The notes under the pieces are model-generated. The model ran no database searches, was not told where the DNA came from, and saw only the letters and a program-made list of their open reading frames with translations. DNA of 64,000 nt, taken from assembly GCA_964188305.1 (NCBI GenBank), contig OZ076895.1. One strand, given 5' to 3'. Positions 51,976 to 64,000 of the stretch are shown here, one piece after another. This stretch comes from Podarcis bocagei. Lineage: Eukaryota. Position numbers and translations under genes: made by a program. Numbering within the stretch: the first letter of the stretch is position 1; every line of letters starts with the position of its first letter.

Positions 51976-54900
51976 TTAAATACATACGAATAGAACAGAG
52001 TTTGCAACAGCAACAAAAAATCTGATAAACATAATAGAATGATTCGTATATGCACATATAATAGCCAGTTACCAACATCCAGTCACACCCTAGTAGTGCG
52101 ACCAAGAAACATGCCCTCCAATGCTGAAAATAGTGACATGCTTGAAATAAGTTTACTGGAAATCACCACTTGAACTTTCTGCACTTATGTATTGTTGAAG
52201 GCTCTATTATTTTGTATGCTGCAGTCAATTACTCTGCTATAACCTGTATTCCACTCATTTATAAGTCACAACAGGTTTAGTGTTTGTTATTAAAACTATG
52301 TGGAAAAAAGAAAGGGGTGGACTATGTTAAGCAAGGTAGCCTTGAAAAGATCTGCAACACCTGGCAAGATTTCCTAGCCCTCTTTAGTGACAAGGAGAAG
52401 AATACAAGGATGACTGGCGCACAATTTTGCCTGGTAACTAAGCTCCCCTTCCATTTTTACTCCTTCTCCTCCTCATTTCTTATTTTGGCTTTTATTTTGG
52501 CTCATGTTGTTACTGTCTGGCTCGTAATTAGATGAGAGGAGGCACATGGGAGATTAGGTGGTAGGAGGGACATAAAGACTGGGGGTGGCTGGGGTAAGTG
52601 GTGGGAAGGAGAGAAATGGCACATGTTGTTTAATATTTTGAGCACTACCAGCTTAGTGCTTGTTAAATCTAAAACAATAAAAATAATTGCTAACAAAAAA
52701 GTCAGTGAAGAAAAACAAAAAAATGTATGGTTAATGCTATTCCAATGACCGCTCACCGGTTTCCCAGTGGGTGACAATTGCAGCCCCTCACTCTCAGCTT
52801 GCTTCCCCGCCAGCCTGGGCACACATGTTTGCTGGCTGTTGGAAGGGAATTCCCCTTGGTCGGAGGGATCTTGGTGGGTGGTCTTCCTGCCCCAAAAGGT
52901 AATGAACCAATCCGTGGCTCCTCCTGGAGGGCAGTGACTTTAAATTTCTGGTGTATTCTGGGTGCCCCCTTAGAGAGGTCTCGGCGGATGTCCCTGTCCA
53001 GAAGTCAAGTGTGGAGCAGATGAACCATAGGGCTTCCAGCGGTGGCTTTAGGGCGGCTAACTCAATAGATCAACGTCTTGGGGACGCCACAATCCTTGGC
53101 ATGAGCCTGAAGCAGTTCCAGCCCTACTAATTTCACCTACATCTTTAATCCGTAAAGTTGTGGCCATTTTTAATCCAGATCATTATTTTCCTGAGTTTGT
53201 ACTGTCACACTTCACCATAGTATTAGTCCATGGTGCTGGGGAGGCACTGCATCTGGGATTGCCATTCAAAATCTAACTGAACAGCTGAACGCGTGAAATG
53301 GCAGACCATGCCATTTCATTGTGCCTTAGTGCTCATGTTCATGTGCTCTAGAGACGAAAATGCATCCAGCACCATCCCTCCAATGTTTAAGTTCTAGAGA
53401 TCCAGGGAAGGAAGCTGAACCTTGCAAAATGACAGCTGCAAAAAGCTACAGTAACAAGATATTAACAAGGTATCACCACACCCCCAGAAAACAAAAAATG
53501 AACAAAATAGGAATAGTAGTTTAGAGGTAACAAAAACGGGCTGTGAGCAATGAATGAAAATTGGCAATGAACAGGGTAGCTTTGTGTCATTGCAGTGTGG
53601 GGAATCTCATACACCAGAGCAAGTTACTTGTTTTCCTTCCATCGTAATGATGGCCCTGAGTGAACGCTTTTAAAACGCTCGTATGGGGGGGGGGGACCAC
53701 TGCACTTGGGGCTATGCAGCTATGGGGCTAAACCAACCCACTCCTGACACTGGGTGGCCTGTGGCCCCTGGGGGCCTTATGTAGGCCTTCCACACATACC
53801 CTGATTGTCATAGTAGTATTTTGCTAGTACACTTAATAAAAGCCCTTTGTCGCCAAGAGAGCTTGTGTTACAAGGCAAACGACATATGCAAATAAATAAA
53901 TTTGCTTCAGTTTAGCCTTTCATTTGACAGTTAAACACCACGTCCTTCACCCCTTGCATGTAAACTGCCTATCAACTTTGCATACTCTTAAATTGTTACA
54001 ATCTCCAGCCACTTGACACTGTTCTTTCTACCTGCTTATTTGGACCTACTTAGGAAATATGAAAGTTCACAAAGGTGAGCATAGATATTGGTCCTCCAAA
54101 AGCTAAACCTGTTTTAGCACTTGATCAATCCGAAAACACTATAAACAAAGATAGAGTGGCAGAGAAAATCTGACCTAACGTGTTCAGTGAAAAAATGGAG
54201 GTGAGAAGATGAGAGGTTTTATTCCTCAATCCTGCCTCCCCACACCCCAGCGATACAACCATTACAGCTAGCTATCAAAAGCCAACAATTTAGCTATAAA
54301 CAAAATAAATATTTTTTTAAAATGGGAAGACAGGGGGGAGGAGATTATAAAAACTAGCTCAATAGGAAATATATGTTAAAAGCAAGCTAAATGAATAAAA
54401 ATTTGGGAGCTTATTTAAAGGGGGTTTTTTTATACCATGCTGTGCTTGACCTATCGAATTTCCATATTAGTTGTACTGCAGTGATGCTAACAGAAGGCCC
54501 ACCCAATAGTAGAAAAGTGTGGAGAAAGGTGTGTGAGGAGATGCTGCCACAAAGATAATGATGATTTAATTTATATATCAATATGCCAAAATAGGCTTCT
54601 ATATGATCCACAGCTGAGTGAGTAAATAAATATTGGTTGCTGCTCACTTCTATATGCCTACATTTGTTCATGACTCTTTTCCTCCAAGCCTGTTGGCCAT
54701 TACATTCTTTGTCCATTTGGTTATTATCCTAGTACAAGCACTGGGTGTTAACTCAATATAAACATTCATTCTTGGATAGCTTTATCCATTAAGCATGTTT
54801 CCATTTGAAACCCTATTAAAAATGAAAGACCATGCTGTGACATGTTAATTTGGAGCCAAAGATATCAGTGTAGCCAGTGCATTCAGATCTTTTACTATGC

Positions 54901-57900
54901 CCTATAATAAAGTTCAACAGAATAACAAAAACCACATGCACTCCATTTTAAATAGTCAGGCAGAACTAGACCACTGGTAGCCATTGTGGTATACTCCAGA
55001 TGTTGCCTGACTACAGCTCCCATTATCCCAGACCACTGACCATGCTGGCTAGAGCTGATAAGAGTTGGATTTCAACAACATCTGAAAGGTACCACATTGG
55101 CTTCCCCTATTCCTAGACAAAGGCAGACTCTATTAGTTTTCTAGCTCATCAAGGTAGAAGTAGTAGTTATCCATAGCAAATCTTTGAGCAAAGTTTTTTA
55201 TGTGTAATAAAGTTCACCATAGCATTAGTCCAGCAAAGAGGAAGTTCATGTTGAATGCATTTAAAGCTACCACTGCTATTTGGATGCAATGGTTTAGACT
55301 TACAATGGTAGAAAGAAGATTGCTTATGGAGAAATACTTTAATACGGAATGACATTCATGTGATTAAATAGTAGCATCTTAGCACCAACATTTGATAATC
55401 ATGTCCAACAATTATTTTGATGGTTATATCATAGAACTGTATAGAATTACTAAAAGAAACTATGGATATCATTTCCATTTGAACACTTGGCCTTTTTAAT
55501 AAGTTATATAATGGGACTAGTAACTGAAGATGCTGAACTGGTAATACACATATTAAAACTAGGAAAAATATAAATTGCATCAATATGGAAAATGCCAGAT
55601 GTTCAAACAAAAATGGAATAAAGAAAATAAAGAAGAAATTAAAAGCATAAAGAAATTATAGAATGTGACACGGCTAATGAAAATGGCATTGATACTGTTT
55701 GGAAACAATTGGAAGATAAACAATAACTTTGTAAATAACTTGGAATAATGTCTATTTTTTAGATTCAATATAGTGTTAACCAATGTTCTATAATATTCTT
55801 TGTGCATCCTCAAATTATTTTTTCTTGTTATAATATATAAATATTTGTTTTAATAGTAAGTATCGGAAGTGTACGTTTCAGCCATGGCATTGAACTTGTG
55901 GAATGTACCTTCTGAGGAAGGCACACCTGGCTCTTCTCACACTTGTTTCAGGCTAGAATAATTTTAAGCCTGTCTTACTTTTACTGATATCTGTGTGGGA
56001 GGTTTCAGGGTGGGTAAAAATGTAAAGTAAGAGTTAAAAACAAAAACAAAAACAATCTCTGATGGGCAAAACCCTGTGCAACATTACATGCATACAGGTT
56101 CTATTACTTTCATTGGGAATTTTCTGCTACCCAATTTGCAGCCAGTTATTTGAATGTTTCTCAAATCAGTTGAAATTTACTGTATATGTTTTTATATAAT
56201 GCCATAGCAAAATTGAATGCTCCTCTGCAAAGAGGATTAAGGTAAACCACCCAACAAAAACAAACAAACCTACCCCTCAACCCACAGATGCTCTGGGTAG
56301 TTTTAGACATGTGTTGTTCAAGGTCAGAAGCCAAGCACCACACATATGCATAGCTATGACTAATACATCACTGAAAACGTGTATGATTATTCAGTTAACA
56401 AAGACCCAATTACATGAAATTATTTAAAAATCCAACACAAAACTACAACTTGCTAAGCTTATATGATTCTTCAGATTAAGCAAATTAAAACTGGCGATTT
56501 ATCAAACGGTTGGAAAGAAATCCTTATCATTGTGCAAATACGATTTGTAGATCATACATTTACATCCATTTATTAATTTACAGAATGTAGTTTGTAATTA
56601 GATTTCAAAGTGCTTTAGAAAACAACATCTTAATTACAGAGGTAAGAATGGGTGTGTGTGAATAATTGGGTTTTTCATCAGGCAAAGCAATGCCTCCTCA
56701 CAAACAAATTTAATGCAAGATGTATGAAGAAGGCACCCTGCCAATCTCTCACAACAGGAATGTTTGGATTCTGCGAGTTACACATAAAATGCATGTTTGA
56801 AGTTAGGTAGCATAGCAAGAAAGTGCTCCTCTGAATTCCCTTGCATGACTTGTTAGAGCCAACTCATTTCAGTCCCAGCAAGTACCATCTTCATCCCTAC
56901 AAGACCTGCCAGAGTTAAGATCCGCAGAGAGTTTAGGGCTTTACACACCAATGTGAGCAGCTTGTATTAGGCCTCAAAATTAACAGCAGACTTGTTTTTG
57001 TTCTGGTGTATGCAATGCTTTTTTCTGTTTTGCAGCTGTGCGATATGTTGTTCACATTGTATTGTAATTGCCATTGGCTACAAACAACAAAACTGTTTGA
57101 TAATCACAATCCCAAATCATGAAAGAGGAAGCATATACAGCAAACTTCGCTGTCCAGGTGTTTCCCCTCACCTTCATGCAGGGTTGCCATATGTCCAGCA
57201 ACAACTTTGATTCCCCCCCCCCCAAAAAAAACACTTTTGTGTGTCTGAACCTTATGCACGAGAAGGGAAGAATAATGTGAGTGGGAGTGGAAATTAGTAT
57301 TGTGAAGGGTATATGTATGTTTCTTGTGTGTACCTGGTATTTCTATTGTTTTTAATTAAAAAAACTAGTGTTTCTTGTGCATCTGGATTTTTTTAATTGA
57401 AATTTTTGTGTGTGTGTATCATGGTCAATTAAAATTTCACATTCAAACAATTATAAACACATAAGTCCAGTGCTAGCCCTAGTTAGACTTTGTAATCAAT
57501 AAAAAGGCCACATAAAGTTCACACTGACTTTACAAGACTAGAGAAAATGGAAGGATATTCTAGAGGTCGTACAGCATCACCTCAGCTGTGTTAGCAAACA
57601 CTTTTCACAGCAGGGAATAGAGCATGTACTTGAAAAGAACAATTTTCAAATTACAAGGCCTACCTAGTTATACCAATCAGCCACTAGCTGAGAAAACAAC
57701 TCGCCAACAGCCCTACTTTAGAATTCCTCTGTCACATGTCCTAAAAATTCTATTAGAGATGTTTTCTTTATCTGTGACCAGCCTGTGGCCCCTGTTGTGG
57801 TATATTGGCAATAATTATATTAAGAAGCTAGATTGCCCTATAGCTGTGTAGATATGAAACAGCTGTAATTATTCCTTCACAGCACATAAGAAATTTATTC

Positions 57901-60328
57901 CATTTGTCTGAGCACTGGCTGTCCTTGAGAGACTGCAGCTCCTTTCACCTCATAAAAGGTGTTGTGTATTTTGAAAAGGCAGGATACAGTAGAAGGAAGT
58001 TCCCATATAGGAGGCAGAGGAGCTGGGTCATCCCTCATAGAAAAATGAACTTGCAGGTTTGCACAGATTGTGCCCTGATTTTCAAAAGGATTACTACCCA
58101 AACACAGTGAAGTCATTTTATGCAAAGAGATTAATTGCAGCCCTGTGAGTCAATATACAACGGGAAAGAGACCAAATCCAGGAAAACAACTTGAGAGGAG
58201 ATTAATATGTATTGAAGGAAAATGAACAGAGTGTCTAGTTCTTCTTAGATGACTGTTGCTTTCATATTGTTCATCCAAAACTAGAAGTAAATCAAAGAGC
58301 ACAGTATCTAATTGGGAGTAGAGGAGTGTGATCTAGGTGTACTCAGATAGCTCAGACTAAATCCATTGTAAAGAAATCCCTTCAGTGAAGCACTTTTCAC
58401 AGGTGCTCACATATTACTGGCTGGGCTTGCATTTAAAACTCATATTGAAGGACCCCTGTTCTAAAACAACTGCATTGGCTGCCCGCGACTTAGGTCTCAA
58501 AAAACTACCTTCCTTCCCTTCAAACCCTCCCAGGTATTAATAACAACAGAGGGGCCCATCTTGGCAGTTCCACCTTCCTCATAAGTTCAAGTTGAACTGT
58601 TTTTAATTCTGAATTTTAATTTGTTGAAACCCACCCTGGGACCTGCTAGTGAAGGGTGAGCAGAAGAGGAGGAGGAGGAGGAGGAAGATGAAGATGTTTG
58701 GATCATGAGCAACAACTCATTTGCTGCACTATAAAACTAACCAGATCATCTGTGAAGACAATTAGATCATTTTCTAGTTTGGAAGTGCAGCTACAAGGAT
58801 TCTCCAAAATTAATAACCTGTGCAGCCATAATTACTGTGTCCCTAACATGCTAGGCCAGGACTTGGTTGTCATACAAATAAACAACTACAGCATTCTACA
58901 TTTTTTTAAAGTGTTCTGCAATTTTGAAAATTTGTCTCTCCCTTATTACTACTTATTGGTTGAATTGAACCGGGGCCTTTTATTTTCTAGACACTGCACT
59001 TTCTAAGGGGATTGCAAACGTATCACTGTCTATCTAGACAAAATTGCCCTGGCAAGTACTTCCAAGATGGGGGAATAGCACTATTTCCCTGCACAATCCA
59101 CTAAATTTAGTTTCTGTCAACGATGATTCTCAAGTCTCTTTTTCTCTAGCAATGTTACAGCACATCCACCATGGTCACATATTGATAGTGCTATAATGTC
59201 ACTGGAATCTATGTCCCTATTAACTACTGCTGCACCATTTTTAATGTATCTCTATTGCCTATGGCACAGAAAGGTCCATTATAAGTGCCTCCTGCAACCA
59301 CTCACTAGTCACCCTGAAATGAATCCTACCTGTTTTTGCTTCTCCTACCTTTGTCCAAAGTTTGAGTGCGGTACATTTCTCTACCAGTTTGGGAGGTGGA
59401 GATCCCTTCCATACAATATTATCCCCAGGCTGCAAAGCTCCTCTTTATTATGTGGGGATATGGACATCCCCTTGCTGTGGCTTGAATAAGGAAAATACAT
59501 GCAAATGAGAGCAATACCCTCCCGGAAAAAGGCTCCAGTCATTGCATGCTTGAAACTTAAGAATGCCACTTCCATTGGGCCTCTTTGTTTCTACTATAAT
59601 AACATGCACCATAATGGAGTCCTCTGGCTTGAATTAATTTCAAATGATCACTCTCTAATGGCAGATTTATATGAGCAAATATTGCAGATATTGATTACTG
59701 ATAAGGACCTGTCTCTTTTATGAGACTCCAAGTCTGCAGACATTAACCATACTAAATAACTATAGGCAGTAACAAATGACTTGATCTCCAGGCAGTTTAT
59801 AGAAACAGCTTCAATTAGAAACACTAGCACTCAACGAAAGCTGGAAAAAAGCTAGCCAATTCCAAAAGCAGAGTTATTTCTAAAGGTTGTAGAGAACTAT
59901 AGGCAGAGTGCTAGAAACCCAATAGAGCTGTTGATAATGGCCATTTGAATGGCCAAGTGTCTGAGATTTTTATCTATCCAAATTGGGGTCCTTTCATTTT
60001 CAAGGCATGAAAGTTAATTTCAAGATTTAACAGTATCATCAAAATCCTAAACACAAGATTCCAAATACAGATTTGTAAAGCATCCTTAATGCAGCCTGTC
60101 TGGGGACTGGAATGTGAGTCAAATACATGCAGTGACCAATTTAGCGCATCCAAATGATATGCAATTGCACACACATCCAAGGCGCTGGTCCCAGAAGTAG
60201 TCCCCAAACATCATGAAGACATCATGACAAGGAGCAGGGCAGGGGGTCCGGAATGGGCAGGGGTCCAGAACAGAACCCCCATGCAAAACCAGTATTGCCT
60301 GTATTGAAGTGCCAAATTTATTAATTTA

Positions 60329-60865
60329 CCGTATTTTTCGCCCTATAGGACGCACTTTTTCCCCTCCAAAAATGAAGGGGAAATCTGTGTGCGTCCTATG
60401 GGGCGAATACAGGCTTTCGCTGAAGCTTGGAGAGCGAGATGGGTCGGTGCGCACCAACCCCTCTCTCTCTCCAGGCTTCAGGAAGCTATCCGCAAGCCTG
60501 GGGAGCCTGCGGATAGCAGCCTGCCGCCCGGCGCGCGGGGCACCCTGAAGCAGAGCGCCCCTCGCGCCGGGCAGACATCCGCAGCGTGGGGAACCCTGCG
60601 GGAGTTCCCGCAGGGCTCCCTACGCTGCGGATAGCAGCCTGCCGCCCGGCGCGCAGGACACCCTGAAGCAGAGCGCCCAGTGCACCAGGCAGACATCGGC
60701 CAGCCCCACAAGCTTGGGGGACAGCGGGGAGGTGCAGCGCCGCCATACCGCTGTTCCCCGACCTGGTTGGGGGGGAAATAAAGGAAATTTTTTCCCCTTT
60801 ATTTCCCCCCCAAAAAACCAGGTGCGTCCTATGGGACGGAGCGTCCTATGGGACGAAAAATACGG
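60329..60865. mobile_element. Young CpG-rich Tc1/mariner-superfamily (Tc2/pogo-like) MITE
   Basis: 25-bp TIRs CCGTATTTTTCG(C/T)CC(T/C)ATAGGACGC (23 of 25 match). TA TSD at 60327-60328 and 60866-60867. Subterminal gtgcgtcctatggg repeats. Confidence 0.92.
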
Positions 60866-60867
60866 TA

Positions 60868-62790
60868 TTTATTTCACAAAATTTATACACCTTTTGGTTG
60901 TAAAAAACAACAACCCTCAAAGCAGTTTACAAAAGGATAAAACAATAAAAATCCATTTTAAAATTACCTCCATACTTTAAAACATGCAAAATCAAAATAC
61001 TAAAACAGATTAAAATTATCTCAACTATCTAAGCATCTAGGTAGGCTTGTCTAAATAGTAATGTTCTTAGCAGGTGCCATAAAAAGTACAGGCACCTGCT
61101 TAATATCAACAGGTAGGGAGTTCCAATGGTTGCTGCCACACTAAATGATGCAGTTCTTACAAATGCGGAATGGGTATCATGTGGCACCTGTAGTAGTGCC
61201 AATTCCACCATGGGTGCATGTGGGGTAAGGCAATCTTGTAAGTAAACTGGTCCCAAGTTGTTAACAGCTTTCTATACAAATAGTAATACCTTGAACTTGC
61301 CCCAGTCGCAAATCTGCAACCAGTGCAGAAGCCTGAACACAAGTGGTATGTGCTGGCAAGGCACCACTCTTGTCAGCAATCATGTTGCAGCATTTGCACT
61401 AACTGTAGCTTCCAGATGAAGCATGAGGGAAGCCCTACACAAAGTGCATTGTAGTAATCCAGTCTTGGAGTAACCAGCACATGAAATACCGTGGCAAGGC
61501 TTTTCAGGGATGGTCATAGCTGCTGAACCAGTTGTAGTTAGTAAAAGGTACTTCTAGCCAGTGAGGCTACCTCAGCCTCCCTTGACAGAGCTGGTTCAAG
61601 AAACACCCCTAAACTGTGAACCTGCTCTTTCAGGAGAATGCAGTTCCATCCAAGGTAGGCCACTGACCAACTTCTCAGACCAACAGTGCTTCTATCTTGC
61701 TGGGATTCAAGCTCAGATTGTTTTTCCTCATACATTTCACTACCGTGTCCAAGTAATGGCCTAGGGGCTACACAGCCTCTCCTGATTCAGATGTTGTAGA
61801 GAAATAGAGATGAATGTCATCAGCATACTTTGCTCTGAAACTCCTAATGACCGCTCCCAATGGCTTCATGTAATTAGCAATGGAGATAAAATAATCCCGT
61901 GGCACCCCATTACGTAGCCACCAGTGGGCTACAAGGCACTCTCTCAATGCTACTCTCTGGACTTGGTGCTGAAGGTAGGATTTGGAACCACAGTTCCTCC
62001 AGTTTCCATTCCCTGGAGCAGTCCAGGAGGATACTATTGTTGATGGTATCAAAGGCCGACTAGAGATCAAGAACAGAAGAAAGGTTGCATTCCCTCTGTC
62101 CCACGCTCTGCAAAGTTCATCCATCAGAGTGACCAAAGCCAACTCAGTTCCACAGCCAGATTGGAATGGATCTAAATCATTTGCGTCCTCTAAAAATGTC
62201 TGCTCCTGCCCCACCACAGCTCTCTATACAACCTTCCCCCAAAGGTGAGAATATGCAACTGCAACAAGTGCGGGGTCAAGAGCACTTTGAAGCTCAGCAA
62301 CTTTATTCACAGAGTGCATAGCCAGTTGATCAGAGCAGGAGAGCAGGTCTTTGAGTGCTCCAGAGTTCCCCACCAGCACCACACACACTCAGTCAGTAAC
62401 CTCCAAGCCATCCAAAATAACTCCGTTGGTCAGCTATTAGAGGACACAATGCAAGCTGCAAAATGAGTCTTCTTCACAGCACACACTGCCATACAGTAGG
62501 CATGATTATGTGTTCTTACCAGTGTCTGGTCAGCTTCAGAGTACCAAGGAGCTGCTCGGGCTCCAAAATGCCAGAGAAGATGCTCAGCAGCAATAATGTC
62601 AACCGCCTGTTTCATCTCACCATTCCATAGCGAGATGAGGGCTTCAACAGGATCACGAGCTTTTTCCACTAGAAAATCCCCCAGAGCTTCAGTAACACAT
62701 CAGGTTCCATCAGTCTCTGAGGGCTTCACTTCTGTATCCTGACTGGGGCACCTCTGCCCCTATGTAACCTGCAAGTGGCAACCCAGTGAC
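60868..62790 (-). mobile_element. Long decayed L2 LINE (RT domain to 3' tail)
   Basis: ORF remnants LDPFQSG..TELALVTLMDEL, YMKPLGAVIRSF..YADDIHLY, VHSLGVFLEP.LS. The (TTTA) tail is split by the MITE at 60329-60865. The 5' boundary is approximate. Confidence 0.88.
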
Positions 62791-63479
62791 CCAAATACTG
62801 TCAATTGGCTGTTATGATTCCATGATTCTATTATTTAAAGTTGTTTGACCATAGCAAAATATTCCAAAGCAGAATGGCCTACTTCTTAATTGCATTATGG
62901 CGTCATCTGAGGTTCTTTGCTCCTTAGCCATGCAAGGGTAACATTGACAACATTTTAAAACAAACTTTTGTCTTTGGTTAGACAAAAGGCATGTGTCCTA
63001 TTTGCTTAAATTCATTTTAAACAACATTTGTGATTGTTTGGTCTGTCTCCCAGGTTCCAAATAAAAGCCAAGAACAGTTCATTCTTTCAAACATCCATGG
63101 CATATGTTTATATCTGCATAACATTTTTTAGTTATAAATAACGGGTGGTATCCAACATTAGTCATAATCAAAGTAAACCCATTGAAATTAATAAACACAT
63201 ATGTACATTAATTTCAGTAGGTTTACTCTGGGTAGAATTTGGTTGGATACAACCCAATAGTTTTATTTGTTGACAAATTAATGGACATTATCAAAAGGGT
63301 AATATGGACATTATCCATATAACATTATAACTTTATACATTATAACTGAGCATTATCAAAAGGGTAATATGAGGAATACCATGTGTGCACTGAGATTGTC
63401 TATGGGTTTCTTCCCACTGCAGCCCATTGTTGCACCCTCACACCAAAAAAAATATATCTTGTGAGAACTGACTCACCGG

Positions 63480-63617
63480 TAGGTGTGAGGAACCTTTGGT
63501 TCTCCAAATGTTGCTGAGTTACAACTCCGGTTGGACCCAGCAAGCATGGCCAATGACAAGAGGTGGTGGGAGCTGTAGTTCAGCAACATCTGGAGAACCA
63601 AAGATTTACCACACATG
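63480..63617. mobile_element. Representative of an abundant ~130-bp palindromic MITE family; other copies or pieces at about 4165-4240, 8606-9232, 12880-12990, 18020-18075, 23550-23595, 46580-46665 and 54975-55110
   Basis: Recurring ccagatgttgctg.actacaactcccatca ... tgatgggagttgtagt.cagcaacatctgg inverted structure. Confidence 0.7.
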
Positions 63618-63784
63618 GTTCAGAGCAAGAATCAAAAGCACCAGGAAGGGATGCAGCTAGAAATAAATATCATCCAACCTCCTTCACCTATGTATGTGGG
63701 AAAGCACGCACCCAAGGGCGAGGGATGCTGACCATAACTTAACAAAAACAGTTAAATTACTTGATTTAATTAGGTAAGAAAGTA

Positions 63785-63979
63785 AGGTAAAGGACCCCTG
63801 GACATTTAAGTGCAGTCAAATTCGACTATGGGATGAAGTGTTCATCTTCGCTTTCAAGTTGAGGGAGCTGGTGTTTGTCTGCAGACAGCTTTTCTGGGTC
63901 ATGTGGGCAGCATGACTAAACCACTTCTGGTGCAACAGAACACCATGACGGAAGCCAGAGCACACGGAAACGTCATTTA
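63785..63979 (-). mobile_element. Sauria SINE 3' half
   Basis: Begins aggtaaaggacccctg (reverse complement of the tail) and includes gggtcatgtgg.cagcatgactaa.cc.cttctgg...cacggaaacg. Confidence 0.82.
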
Positions 63980-64000
63980 ATTTAATTATTTGATTTAATT

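Noticed and set aside
60309-60980. GC-rich overlapping ORFs or a CpG-island promoter / alternative first exon
   Set aside because: Fully explained by the TIR-bounded MITE at 60329-60865.

Overview
This is vertebrate genomic DNA. The repeat content (Sauria SINEs, a tRNA-Lys/CR1 SINE, lizard-type CR1, L1, L2 and MITEs) points to a squamate, most likely a lacertid lizard. The whole window lies inside CACNA1C (CaV1.2 L-type calcium channel alpha-1C) on the minus strand. It holds the 3' part of intron 1 (51954-64000), coding exon 2 (51632-51953, 322 bp, with the NSCaTE calmodulin site), a 4544-bp minor-spliceosome (U12-type) intron with non-canonical AT...AG ends (47088-51631), coding exon 3 (46982-47087, 106 bp, IS1), and about 47 kb of the large intron 3. 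The rest is intronic DNA with many transposon relics, several nested and several with clear target-site duplications (TSDs), plus a 143-N assembly gap. The most notable items are (1) the AT-AG U12 intron, which has a competing AC acceptor 2 nt downstream that would create an immediate stop codon, and (2) a TSD-flanked, Penelope-like fold-back element carrying a minimal hammerhead ribozyme motif antisense to the gene. I found no convincing novel protein-coding system. The other ORFs in the track are spurious or transposon fragments.
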